A stretch of 64,000 nt of DNA from Camelus dromedarius (taxonomy: Eukaryota). The stretch lies in contig NC_087436.1 in NCBI RefSeq assembly GCF_036321535.1, forward strand, positions 11,284,001-11,348,000, in the 5' to 3' direction. Position numbers and translations under genes: made by a program. The notes under the pieces were generated by a model. That model was given only the letters and a program-made list of their open reading frames with translations. It was not told where the DNA came from and searched no databases. This document shows positions 27,326 to 40,714 of this stretch, piece after piece. The first letter of the stretch is position 1, and each line of letters starts with the position of its first letter.

Positions 27326-28386
27326 ACTTAGGTGTGCTTCGGAGAATTGAGGATAAGTGTGTAGGATTTCAGAAATTTGTTGTCTATCCTGGTAGGTCTG
27401 TTATTTGCATGTTTTTAAAAATAGCTAGATTTTAAAATGGTGATAAATATTTTATCACTATTTTTCTAAATTCAAAGAAAATTGATTCCAAAGCTAGCAT
27501 AGGTATGTTATACTTGTAAGTAAAAAGACAGCTGTTATTTCTAGATATATAGTCAGATGTGCCACTTTAAAAGGTGCCATTTTTAGTATTATCACGTTTG
27601 GTCAAGATAAATAATATTAATTCACTTGACATATTTTTCAAGGATTCCATCAGTTGTGTTGTTCTTAAATACCAGGAATTTAGTAAACAAAGTTATTCTA
27701 AAGTGCTTTTACTTCAAAACTAAATATCTAAGATTTCAAAGCACTGGCAAGTTAAAAAAAAGAGTATATACATATATATATGTATCTATATATAAAGTTT
27801 TCTAAGAAAAAAGCCAACTAAATTTAAATAGAAAGGTGACAAAATTTATATCCAAATATGTTAGATTATTCACTTGATAATATACTTCCCCATTTAGAAC
27901 AGAAGATGGTGCATAAGTGATTAAATATTCAGTCTCTGCCTTTTAGTTAATCAGAAGTTTGATCACTGAGATTATTTCAAATAAGGGCTCCTGGTCTGCC
28001 CTTTTACATAAGTAAGAAAAAAATTTCAAATTAACAACTCCAAAAGCATCTGATCCTTTCTTACTGTTTCCAGCAATTGCTATTCAAACTGTTTCTCCTC
28101 TGCACGGGGAACTATATTCAGTATCTTGTAATAGCCTATAATGAAAAAGAATATGAAAAGGACTCTATATATAACTGAATCCCTGTGTATACCAGAAACG
28201 TGAACTGTTAGGAATACCTGTCATGCATTTGCATCACCTTAATTTGTTTTATCACTGCACATCTGAACAAATAGCAAATAATCACAGTATAATTTGGATC
28301 GAGAATGTTCCCTCACATCCTCCAAATTAAACAACATTAATTTTTGGTAAATGCTTCTCATATTTTTCTTTTTTTTTCCCCTGCAG

Positions 28387-28475
28387 CTAATTTGGCAATG
28401 AGGAGAAAGCTGCCCAGATACAACTGTCTTCAGAGGAGATGTATACCCCTCCATTCACGAGTCCCCTTCCCCTGA
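28387..28475 (+). CDS. APELA: APELA coding exon 2: mature ELA peptide C-terminus; spliced protein is 54 aa
   Basis: Long polypyrimidine tract and CTGCAG acceptor ending at 28386. In frame with exon 1 it reads (A)NLAMRRKLPRYNCLQRRCIPLHSRVPFP*, with TGA at 28473-28475. It has the hallmark C-x4-C, two RR dibasic sites and the HSRVPFP C-terminus. Donor G|GTACTT at 28477. Confidence 0.97.
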
Positions 28476-31400
28476 GGTACTTCTGATAGAAAGAGTTTTA
28501 CTGCATTTGGGCAATGTTCCAGATTAGATATCCCTGAGAATGTTTATTCATATTTTGCACGTGTGATCATGGCTTGACAGTGATGTCTGTTTCAGGAACG
28601 CATACTCACAGCTGGCGTAGTAACAGTGACATGAAATGATGTTTGGGAATTGCTTTCATCATTTAATGGAACAGATGAGGAAAATCTTGATAGTTGTTGA
28701 ATTTGAGTGATAGCTGTATGAGGATTAATACTGTTGTATGTGCTTGAGAATTTTCGTAATTGAAGAACCAAGCACTAGGAGAATTTAATTATAAAGGTAT
28801 CTTTAAAAATGAGTTTTGGAAAACACTGACTAGCTCCCTGTGTTTTCCAGAACAAGCACATTTCCCATTAAGACCACTGTGTGCTAAAAATTTTCTGGAC
28901 ACATTTGCCCAATATCACCAAATGGATGATGTATTACCCTCAATACTTAGTAGTTTATTCTTTCTGAAAACATTTCTTTTAATATGTAAAATCAACTTAA
29001 TATTACTGACATGGCAGCTTTCCAGCTTCACTAATAGAATTGGTCTAGATGGTTGCATCTTTAAGGATAAATTCTGAATAGCATTTTTCCCTCTTTTTAA
29101 CATTCATGGAAAAAGCAATGATTTTACACCACCACCATCACCAGGAATACTGCTTGAATCAACTAACTTCAAACACCTGTTTAAGTTACTTCATACTAAA
29201 AAATAAGGAACTTGACATTCCATTGTAATGATTTTAAGCTCTTTAATTTACATGAAATGTATCTTCCTTTAAAAAAATAAGTCATAGAAATATCCTTCAA
29301 CTGGTTAACAGAACACAGGCAATGGCTAAATTAGCGTATTGAGTTGGCCTGTGGACTGGGGTATTTATGGCACTTTTCATTCAGAGGGAAGAATGATTGC
29401 TGTGCCTGTTTTAATACGCGCTTTTCCAGCCAGTGAACACCCGGCGTCAGACAGCAGATGAAGGAAGAACAGTTCAGTAATAAGCATTTATTACGAGAAC
29501 CAAGACAAAAAGCCAAGTTCTCTATGCCTGTATCTGTAACAAATTTGTTTTTGCTAGTAAAACATGAAAAATAAATTTGGTGGAGGAATCCAGAAAGATA
29601 CAATAAAAAGTTCTTGAGAAGCCAATTAATAGGGACTCAAACATGCATTAAAAGGATTTTATATGTGAAAAACATCCTTTGGTATGTGTAGATAATGCAT
29701 TTCAGTCTGTTATGTAAATAATGATAAAAATCTGTGCTTAGGATGGGTGGAGAAGTTCAAGATTTCTCCAGCCCTCCTCCACAGATAACAAAAGAGGCAT
29801 CTTGCAGTAGCGAGGGAATTCCTGCATATGCAGGGAAAGATACCTCACAAACGCGAACAAAAGCCCTTAGTCGGCCACAGGTTATATTGGCTTTCTCCAC
29901 AAACCACCTGCCATAAAAACTCTGCTGCCAGTAAACAAGATAGACTAGGGACATTTGAATTGTCAAAGCTAAGGAAAATTTTGACCTGTAAACCAAATTT
30001 GTAAACCAAAGGGAAATTTGAGTCAAAGCCACATAAGTCTGTTAAGAACAGCAATCCTTTACAAAAGTTGGGTAATCCTTTTAAAGAATGGCTCAGGTTA
30101 CAGCGTCCATTTTCTCAGTGTTTAGACCAGTCCTGCATTCCAGTTAACAGTTTTTTAAAGAATGTGTAGAAGTCACATTTTAGAATCCAGCGATAGTATA
30201 AAAGCCAGTGCAAGGTAAACGTTAAGATAGTTTCCCAAGATCTTGCTCAGCCAGCAAAATGCTACCTTCGGGTTTGATAGCGTGATTCTCACTGTCCTAA
30301 ATACTTGCACATTTTTAATATGTCTTGCGACCAGGTACTTTGACAACTGGATAAAAGCACTGTAAACGCAGGTGTTAGAACTCTGGCGCAGAACCTCCTG
30401 TTCATTTGCCCCCCTCTGTTTCCTTCATGCTTTAGATAAAAATCACAAGTTACTTGACTCAGTTAGGGTCAAGGAAGGTAAAAGGATAGGTAAGGTAAAC
30501 AGTTGACTTTGAAGTTTTACAGATTAACCCTTTAGTGTGGTTTAGGATGGGAAAGCCCTATTACCTTTACTCTGTCCATTTTTCCTTCTCCTGGAGTCCT
30601 TGTCAAAGATCTTCAGTGAGATTTCCTAACAATTGAGGTAGTTAAATAGAAAATCTATGCTGTGTAAAATTCATTTTCTTCGTGCTTCTTTTTTCTCACA
30701 AATATTTTGGCATCACCTTCAGCCCCCAGTGGTTAGAGTGAAGGAAAGCAAGAGAAGGGTGAAACCCAAGCTTATAGGTCGGTGTGAGAAGTAGAGCGGA
30801 AATGAGGTAGGGGCTTTGGTGCTAATGCTGTCCCGTTCCAACAGTATTGTCTCACTACAGCCTCGATTTTATTTATAAATACGCTCTCCTGGTAACTACA
30901 CACTCTGCTAACATGTATTCTTTCCAGCTTTTTAATAATTATTATAATATATGTTCACGGTAGGACATTTTTTTCTAACAGTCTAGGAGAATGTCAAGTC
31001 CAAAGTAAAAGTCTGTCACCCTACCTCATTCCTCGTTTTCATTTCCCAGAGATAACGGCTATGAAAATGTTTTTGGTAAAGGTACCTTTCAATACATGAG
31101 TTTAAATTGAGACCAGTTAATACTCTCTTATCACCCTTGATTGCCATTCAAATGTAAGTGATTCTGGTTGTCTATTTTCTGCCTGATTCTTACCCCCTTA
31201 CAGTCATGGGCTTCTGACCCCCCTGATCAAACCTCTGTCCTGTCTCCAAAATTTTTACTCAACTGTCCTGGTGTCCTGGCCCTTCTCACTCCATTCTGCC
31301 TCTTTGGCTTAACCGAAAGCCAACGCTGCACCCAGAACCTCCACTTCAGTGGAGCACGTCATCACCACCTTTAGCAGGGCTCTCGGGAAGTTAACTCTTC

Positions 31401-31728
31401 TTTGATGCACCTCCGATTTCCATTCAGCTGTATTTCAAACCTTTAATGACCTCCAGTTTCCTTAAACTTTCTAACCCCCTCATCCAACTCACAGCAAGAG
31501 ATAATTCCTCTTCCCAGAGAAAATGGAGATAATTAAGCTTCAAAATCAGACACTGCCCTCAAACTACAAACATCTTCATCTGCAACACTTCTCCTATTTT
31601 GCCTTCCTAGTCTTCCATTAAGAGACTCCTCTCTTGGGCGTGGTTACTCTCTCCACACCTCAAGCACCGTGATCCAGAAATGACTCGCTTCCCCAGAATG
31701 TTCAAGATGTCAAAACTGATCCCTTTCA

Positions 31729-32680
31729 GGGGGAGGGATAGCTCAGTGGTAGAGCATGTGCTTAGCATGCACGAGGTCCTGAGTTCAATCCCCAGTACTT
31801 CCATTAAAAAATAATAATAAATAAATAAACCTAATTACCTACCCCCCCACCCACACACAATAGGAAAAAATAAAACAAAAAACAAAAAAACAAACCCAAA
31901 CTGATCTATTTCATCTTAGGAAAAAAAAGAAAAGAAAAAAGGTGCACCATTGACCCCGTAGTGCACTCTGGTGACTCGTTTCCTCCCGTCTGTCTTCCAA
32001 CATGCTGCTTCCCAGGGAGAGTTCCCTAGTGACCTCCTTCTTCTGAAATCCAGTGAACACATCAGTTGTCTCTGTGGGTCAAAAGGTAGAATGAGGGGGG
32101 AGGGTAGAGCTCAAAGTGCTAGAGCGCATGCTTAGCATGCACTAGGTCCTGGGTTCAATTCCCAGTACCTCAAATAAACCTAATCCCCCCCACCCCGCCG
32201 CCAAAAAAGAAAAAAACTAAAAATTTTTTTTAATTAAAAAAAAAGAAAAACATAGAATGAATTTTCCTGGTTTCAGTGACACCATGCTTCCGTCTGGCTA
32301 TCTCTGGAATAAGAGATACTTTTCCTCTTAGGACCCGTACGGGGTGTTCAACTGCCAACCTGGCATCACCTCTGCTGCCCTGCAGACTCTGGAAGCCCAC
32401 GGCCACAGTGCACGAGCATGTCTCCGACACGGCTTCCACACAGCTACTCCTGTAACTCGACTCTGTTCCAGTACCATAGATGTCATCAGGAAGGACTTCC
32501 CTGCTGGCAAAAAAGCAGTACCAGAATAAAGTCTTAATACAGGTCAGGAGGGGAGGGTGTAGCTCAAGTGGTAGAGCACATGCTTGAGGTCCTAGGTTCA
32601 ATCCCCAGCATAAAGTAAGATAAATTTAATTACCACCCCCCCCCAAAAAACTAAAAAGATTACATAAAATTTAAAAAAAG
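31729..32680 (+). mobile_element. Cluster of three vic-1-like SINEs (about 31729-31900, 32095-32245, 32549-32680)
   Basis: Three GGGGAGGG..AGCTCA..GGTTCAATCCCCAG-type heads with CTAATTACC-type linkers and A-rich tails. Confidence 0.85.
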
Positions 32681-32694
32681 AAGGGTCACATTCT

Positions 32695-33271
32695 TGCTGA
32701 AAGATGGCCCCCGTCCCTGACAAGCCAAATAACTCAGAGTCCGGGTCTTGGGTCTTAGAAGAAAAGAGGCAGCTTTATTGCTTTGCCGGGCAAAGGGGAC
32801 TCACAGCAGGCTGGTGCCTTCAAAACTGTGAACCCTCCTTGGGGATGGGGTGGGGTGGTTATATAGCCATAGCTCAAACAATGAAGTACTGATAACAATC
32901 AACAATCATTTTCTCAGCAGAAGACTTAGAATGGCGTCACGATGCCTCCAGGTGACCGATTCTATAGACGCCAGCGGTTGTCACTCTTTCCATCTCTTTA
33001 TCTCGCAAGCGCCCAAGGCGTGGTCTTCTGGGTGTTTGGCCTACTTCGTAAGGTTACAGTTCTGTGACCTCCCTGAGGACAACTCAGAAACCAAGTATGA
33101 GTATTGCTTTTGATTACTGGAATAAAGCAGAAGCAGTAAGATCAATAGCTTTAGTTTTAACAGTGGGCCTGGGACTGTGAGCAGCAACCGGTCAGTCAGA
33201 TTAGTCGACCGTTTTAAGGGCAAGAAATCTGTTAGCCTAAATGCAGCCACTTTATTAATCCTCCTTCAACA
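32695..33271 (-). mobile_element. ERV-type LTR
   Basis: TG..CA-bounded segment with GCTTTATTGCTTTGCCGGGCAAAGGGGG (reverse polyA signal) and GGTTATATAG (reverse TATA). Confidence 0.55.
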
Positions 33272-33700
33272 TCTTAAAAAAAAAAAAAAAACAAAACAGT
33301 TCCTTCCCCTACCCGATACTGTTTTCCTTTTCCTAGGTTGTTTTTCTCCGTAACACCTAACACCACGTGACAGAACATATGTTTACTTTCTTGTTTGTTT
33401 CGTGTCTGCCTCTCTCCATTAAAACGTAAGTGCCAGGACAACGGGAACTTTGCTTTGATCCCATCTATGTGCCCAGTGACTCTCTGTCGTCAGCCCTCCA
33501 GAGATACTTGATGCGTGACTGAATGAATACCTAAAAGTAGAGTCTTTAATTCCTCTCTCTCAAGTATTTCTCCTATGTTCTCAAAACCTGGAGGATAATT
33601 ATAAAGCCATCATGTACTAGATGTTTACTATATATGAGGCCCTGTGCAGTGAAACATCCGTGTTCCTGTCCCTTCTACCTGACTCCCTGCTTCCTCTTTT

Positions 33701-34132
33701 TTTTTTTTAACATTTTTTATTGATTTATAATCATTTTACAATGTTGTGTCAAATTCCAGTGTTCAGCACAATTTTTCAGTCATTCATGGACATATACACA
33801 CTCATTGTCACATTTTCTTCTCTGTGAGTTATCATAACATTTTGTGTATATTTCCCTGTGCTATACAGTGTAATCTTGTTTGTCTATTCTACAATTTTGA
33901 AATCCCAGTCTATCCTTTCCCACCCTCCACCCCCCTGGCAACCACAAGTCTGTATTCTCTGTCTATGAGTCTATTTCTGTCCCGTATTTACGCTTTGTTT
34001 TTGTTTGTTTGTTTTTGTTTTTGTTTTTTAGATTCCACATATGAGCGATCTCATCTGGTATTTTTCTCTCTCTTTCTGGCTTACTTCACTTAGAATGACA
34101 TTCTCCAGGAGCATCCATGTTGCTGCAAATGG
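33701..34132 (-). mobile_element. Young 5'-truncated L1 with perfect TSD
   Basis: Poly-T followed by L1 3'UTR; 16-bp TSD CCCTGCTTCCTCTTTT at 33685-33700 and 34133-34148. Confidence 0.9.
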
Positions 34133-35153
34133 CCCTGCTTCCTCTTTTCATCTCTGTTACTACTGTCTTAGTGCCATCGTGTCTCTCCAGCATCACCTCC
34201 ACACCTGATCACTCCAGCCTCCAGCTCTGGTTCCGGAAAGCCCATTTTTTTTGTTTTAGCATCTGATCTTTTTAAACTGTAAATCCGATCATGATCCCTT
34301 GATTAAAATCCTCCACTGTCTCTGAGGTCTTCAGGACAGTGAGAACGCCCATCATTTAGCAAGGACCGCCTTACAAAATGCCCCTGCCCAGCCCCGCCTC
34401 TTCTCCCCTGCCCTCTCTCCGAGCGGATGAGAGTTAAGACTGGGCTGCCTGGATTCTAGCTCTGGCCACACGGCTGACTTGCTGCTGATCCTTGGTAAGT
34501 CACTTATCTTCTGTAAGCCTCCCTCCCCTTCCACGTCTGTGAGGTGGAGCTAGTAATGGTGTTTACCTTATCATCGCCATAGCTACCACGTAGTAGGTGC
34601 TAAACACACAGTAGCTAGAGTGGTTACCATTACTTTCATGTCAGTCCATCCTTCACCTCTTGCCAATCCTCAAGCTACACTTCTGCCTGCAGGGTCCTTT
34701 CCTTACTCTCTCCCCTCACTATCAAGTCATCCGTCAAGACACCTTCCCTGATTTTGATACCCCTACCAATATTAGATGCCCATTTTTTGTTCTCAGCACC
34801 ATTTGCACACTTCTGCGCAAGTACTGAACTCACTGCATGGTAATCATATGTCCACTAATGGGGTTCCTCCCCTCTTTCCTGAAAATTCTCTGAAGGTGTA
34901 GTGCAGGTGTCTGGACTTTGTTAAATTAACATTTGTGAAGTGGAGCAGAACAGTAAGCCTTTTTTCAACAGCTGGTAAGTTGAAATAGAGAAGTTTGCTA
35001 CAGGTCTTGGAGGAAGTACCCGGCATGCCTGGAGGGGCCCCCTGGGAAGAAGGCAGTGTGCAGACCGAGAGCCAGGACCTGGGGTATGTGCCTAATAAGG
35101 GCCCTGTGGGTGGAGCACTTTGGGTTCCAGGGCTGGAGCCATATTGGTGAACT

Positions 35154-36123
35154 TGATGCAGGAAAAACGGATGTGGGGCATGAGGAGGGCCGTGTCCCAG
35201 GCTTTGGCTGAGCCCCTGGGATGTGCCCCGCCAAGTGTGGGTCCTTGGCTTCATGCAGGAAAGAATTCGAGTGTGAGCCACCGTTGAGTAAAGGTAGATT
35301 TATTTAGAGAGATACATACTGCATAGAGTGCAGGCTGTTTCAAAAGGCAAGAGAAAGGCCACAAGGTGTGGGAGTGGGTGGGTGCTCACATTAAAGTAAA
35401 AATAGGTACACACTTTTTATGTTGCCGAATCCAAACTCATTCTGCTTGCTGCATGACAGGCCAATAAATTGGGAGACGAGGTGTTGGGGCAAGGAGTAGG
35501 GACTTTATTCGGAAAGCTGGCAGACCGAGAGGATGGCAGACTAATGTCTTGGAGAACCATTCTGCTCTAGTCAGAATACAGGCTCCTTTTATACAGAAAA
35601 CAAGGGGGGGGGGTTGGTTGCTGTAACCTTCTTGCTGCAGGCGTTCTTTGTTCTCGAAGCCATCCCTGTGGGCTAGGTCATGGTGTCGGTGTAAACCTCC
35701 AACAAAACAAAGGCTATTCTCTTCTACACTTAGAGTACGGGCTGTCTCTGAAGAGGAGAGAGTGAGAAAGGGAGGCCAGGCATGGTGTTACCTGTTTTTA
35801 TGGGCTCAGTAGCTTAACACGCCTACAGATGGGACCATTCCAACTACCCTGGGAAAGGGGCTGGGACTCCCAGGAATTGGGCCACCACACATTCTTTGGC
35901 CTTTTGCGGTTAGTCTTGGGACTGTCATGGCGCCTGTGGGCATGTTATTCACCATGTTACTATGTTACAATGAGCATATAATGAACCTCAAGGTCTACTA
36001 GAAGTCAAACCTCCCACCATCTTAATCCTCAAGGCCAACTGGGAGTTGAATCCTCCACCATCCTGGTGTTAATTGCTGTCATTCCTTGAAGGGCTGTGCC
36101 CTGCCCCCTTCCCTCCTGTCTCA
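35154..36123 (-). mobile_element. ERV LTR containing a nested partial copy (about 35420-35727) of the recurrent LTR family
   Basis: The outer LTR-like sequence (GGTAGATTTATTTAGAGAGATAC..AGGAATTGGGCCACC) is interrupted by TGTTGCCGAATCCAAACTC..ACAGGCCAATAAAT. Confidence 0.65.
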
Positions 36124-36779
36124 TTTTCAAACCAAAAGAGTTAGATTTTGGTCAGCCCCAGGGAGTCTTATCTAAGGGGCACATTAGGTAAACAGGCCCT
36201 GGGAGGCAGGGAGACTCTTGGTCACAAGGGCTGTTTGTGGAGGGGGTGTGTCACATCAGGCACTTCCATTTGCTTGTGACCCTGCACTGCTCTCCAGGGC
36301 ATGTGCAGGAGGGGCTGGGGGCCACATAAAGCACATACCTGGCAGCAATACCACGGAGTAGCTGAGCTAAACTCTCGATGGTGGCTTGTATTTATTTATC
36401 TTTGTATCTTCAGCTGAAAAAAGTGCCTGGGCTACAGCAGGCACTCCATAAATTTTGCTGAATGGAATACAATTAAACGTTTATCTTAGCATTCAGGAAT
36501 TACTACCATCATGCCCCAACACACATTTTCAGCTTTATTTCCTGATATTAATTGTCAAACTGAACTCTCGATTCCCTACGTCTGTGCTGTTCTGGAAGGT
36601 GCTTCCTCTTCCAGAAATCCTTCCCTCATCTCACCAAGCTGAAACCCCTCCCCTCCCCCAGGGTTCTCTTCAAATTCCATTTTCTGTATGAGACCTGCCC
36701 TGATCCAAGTAGCTTAAAATAATCTTCCACTCTCAACAATCACTGCATTTTTATTTGTTGTTGTTTTTGTTGTTGTTGT

Positions 36780-38283
36780 TTTATTTGGGGGGCGTAATTA
36801 GGTTGTTTGTTTATTTTAACGCAGGAACTGGGGGTTGAACGCACTCTATCAATGAGCTATACCTTCCCCCGCACTACATTTTTGTCTGTAGGTTTTTTAA
36901 AGCCATTTATCATACTCAACTTTACTTCATCAAGTTTTATCAGCACTAGAATATGGGTTCCTTGAAGACCAGACAGCCCCTAAAGTTTAGATTATAACCT
37001 TATGGTGTATGAGCAGCCTGAGAGCAGCTTTAAGTATAGGGGATTCCTGCATGGACTATAATATCTGTGGGATGTCTTGCTTAAAACTACTGTTTTCTCA
37101 ATTAAACATAGTCCAGCATCCAAAGACCACGTTAGAGAAAAATCCCTAATTTACTGATGAATTAAAACTTTTCTATAAAGACCATAATGCCTTAATGGTA
37201 ATATTTATAACATATTGAATATATAAATGTATAAAAATATAGCTGTTTTGTATATTATTATAATAAATGTATATTCCCCTATACGAAATATGTATATGAT
37301 GGACTAAAGCCTCATTTCAGAGTTTTCTTCACTTTGGAGACTGATTTCTCATTACAAAGTGTGTAATAATTCTTTCTGCAGATATTTACTTAAAGTAGCT
37401 GTTCTCGGGGAAGGGAATAGCTCAGGCGTTAAGAGTGCATGCTTAGCAAGCCCCAGAACCTCCTCCAAAAAAAAAAAAAAAAAAAAACCTAATTACTTCC
37501 CCTCACCAAAAAAAAAAAGTAGCTGTTCGCTGTCATTTTCAGGAATCTAAAATTTCTTTGTAGCATAAATTTTCTGTTTGTTCTCAGTTAAGTATTCAAT
37601 TAGTGACATAGTGATAGCAGGTTAACTGTATTATTACAGGGCAGTAATATATTTGAAAAATTGATTAATCTTAGATAAGAGCAAGAGAATATTTATTTTA
37701 TTTATTTTTATTTTTTAGGTGACTTGAGAAAAACAAAATCACCTATTATTAACTTCTTCAGTACATTTCATTCTTGGATGTATCTTTTTTTTAATAGTGA
37801 TGTGTGGTATTGAACGCCACAATTCCCTCCGCAATACCAATAATATCAGAATGTTAGATGAGTTCTAAACTTCCTGATCTTAACAAATTATAAGCAGTTG
37901 TCACCAGACACAGTCAAAATCTTGTAAGCGTGTCTACAATTCCTCAGAATATTGCTAATTTACAATTAAAATCCTTGATAGTTTACTTGTTACCACTCAG
38001 ATTATTTAGAAATATTTATAAATAAAATAATTAATCATACAAACCACATATCTTGTGCTTTCTACATTTCTTTTTTTTAACATATGCCTCTGTTGAGGCA
38101 TATTTTACATATCATATAATCCACTAATTTCAAGTGTACAATTCAATGACTATTTTGGGGGGTTTTTTTGGGGGGGTAATTCCATTTATTTATTTATTTA
38201 TTTAGGAGATAATGGGGATTGAACTCTGGACCTCATGCAGTCTAAGTATACACTCTGCCTCTTGAGCTGTATACCTCCTCCAC
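36780..38283. mobile_element. Three degenerate vic-1-like SINEs (about 36780-36870 -, 37407-37520 +, 38160-38283 -)
   Basis: TGAGCTATACCTTCCCC, GGGGAAGGGAATAGCTCAG and GGGGATTGAAC..TGAGCTGTATACC motifs. Confidence 0.7.
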
Positions 38284-40169
38284 GGGGTCATGGTTATGGT
38301 CATGTCCACCTGCACATCCGTGGTCATGCCAGGAGCTTGGTCAGCCAGTCACTATTCCAGCCCCTTCAGCCTTCCAGAGCATTGACCATTGATTGGTCCT
38401 TTTCTCCTGCTAAGACTGATTATTTCCATAATTGCTGCCAGTATTACAAGCTTCCTGCCACTCTATCTTCATCTCACTGTTCTGGAAGAATCCTGAAGTC
38501 TTCAACCAGGCATGATACTGCTGTTGGAGTATACCCAAGAAGTCAGATTGGAAACCCTTTGAATTCTTCATCCAATCCCATGCTGTCTAGCAAACCTACA
38601 TTTCTGTGGTCAACTTGCCTTACGCTTCACCTTAACGGCTTCTAACTTTTTCTACGCACCTCAAATTTTAGACCCTTATCTTCCTCATTTTCAGCAGAGG
38701 GCCTTGCCTCACGTCACAGAGAAAATGCAAGTCATCACATGGTATATCCCTCAGCTCCCAAGTATAAATCCCACCTCACCCGCCTCCCACTCTGCTCACC
38801 CCGACCCTCTTCCTTTGAGTGCCACGAAGGCGGGACCATGCCTCCATCCATGCGTGGACCCCCTCCCTCCCTTCCCACTTTCTCAGGAATCTTAAAACTG
38901 CCACATACACGTTGTCTTCATTCTCTCTTGCCCTCTGGATCATCATGTCAGCACAGGTTTAAATGCCGGTAAGACTACACAGTAAAACACACACACACAC
39001 ACACACACTCCTCAGTCAAAGCTCTCAAGGATTCTGTCCTTGTCTCCGATGCGTTATTTTCCATTCACATTTCAACCTACTCTCATCTGTCTTATAATTT
39101 CTTTAAAATAACCAATCATTTTCATTTTCTTGGCCTTCCCTCTGATTTCTCAGCAGAATTTAGCAACTGAAGACTCAGCCTGCAAAATCCCTCTCTTAAA
39201 TTCTAGGATACCACACTTAAACTTTCCTGCTAAATTCTTAGCTGACCCTCTGGCTCCTAGGCAGGCTTAATCTTACTTGGGACGACTTGCATGCTAGGGT
39301 TTCTCTTTACTCTCTCCTGCTCTATTTCAACCATTCCTTTAGATTTAATTACCTCTTTACACTGCTAATACTCTGCAGGAAAAAAAAAATCCAAATGAGA
39401 ACAAGCAAAGCCTATTTATTCATAGCTTGCTGTAGCAAGGGAGTCAACCACCATCACTTACGTTGACAGAGGCAGGAGAGTGGGAAAACACATAGAAAAA
39501 AAAGGAAAACTTCAAACCTAATTTGATTGCAGGTTGTTGGTAAGGGACAGTTGATGGCAGGTTACCTAGAAGTGGGGCTTCCTGTGTGATTGGTTTGGGG
39601 AACCTGTATGGCTTTCTCTGGATAGTCCTGAATTAGAATTAGGGGCAAATATTAGTAAAGCTGACAGTTATTGACCAAATTCTTACCATGTGGGGCCAAT
39701 TGTTACAGAGTTTATGGGTCAGAATTCTATTTTAATATATGGTCTAGCCATTGTCCGTTTGTAAATTCAGTCTTCCAGCTCCGAACTTATCTCGTTCCCA
39801 CCACCCACACCTATGTACTGTCTGCCTTGCACCAACTTCCTCGTATCTACTTTTGCTGTTTTATCCATTTTTCATCTTACGGCTTCATGCTGCTTTAATA
39901 CTTTTTAGGTTATCTCTCATCCTACTTGAGATTCACATAAAATTCTTAATGTAACTCACAAAACTGGACATGGAAAAGCATTTCTCTCTCATCCCAACCC
40001 CTGTCTGACTCCCTGTAGCTATCTGTGAGTTTGTAAATGTGTCCTATTCCTTTCCACTTCAGAATTTTCACACATTTTATTTTCTCTGCCTAGGATCTAG
40101 GATTCTTTTTTCCCTTCTCTTTATCGAGTTTATTCCTACTCAATCAAGGCTCTGATCAATTGCCACTTT

Positions 40170-40240
40170 GTATGTGTGTGTATGAGCGTGTGTGTGTGTA
40201 TGAGCGTGTGTGTGTGTATGAGCGTGTGTGTGTGTGTACG
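40170..40240. repeat. TG-rich 18-bp minisatellite (GTATGAGCGTGTGTGTGT x3)
   Basis: Directly visible tandem units. Confidence 0.85.
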
Positions 40241-40714
40241 TGTATTAAATAGAAGGTCTCTCATGACACTGGCCCGAGTAACTTTCAGGTCACTTTGGAG
40301 TTCTTTAGATTTCACATTTCGTTCACATTGAAATTGTGTTAGAGCTTTCAACTTTATACTTATCCCTCACTTCTTCTGCTGTAGTAACACTTTTATATAT
40401 ACAAAAATTATATGTATGATACATACACATATTATTTAAACACATGTGGAATGCACTTACTACTTTGCCTCATTACAGCTTGCTAAACTTAGATGTACTT
40501 ATTTGTAGATACAGAAACAGTCATTTTGTATGACTTTTTTCATTATATGAACAGCCTTTATTTAACTTGACTCTGTTGATGGGTATTTATTTACTTATTT
40601 ATACTGTTCTGAACAATGGTGCATTGAACATGTATGCACATCTGAACACCTGTACGCTTACTTTCTTACAAAACTTGTCTAGAAGTAGAATCACTAAGAT
40701 ATGCACTTTAAAAA

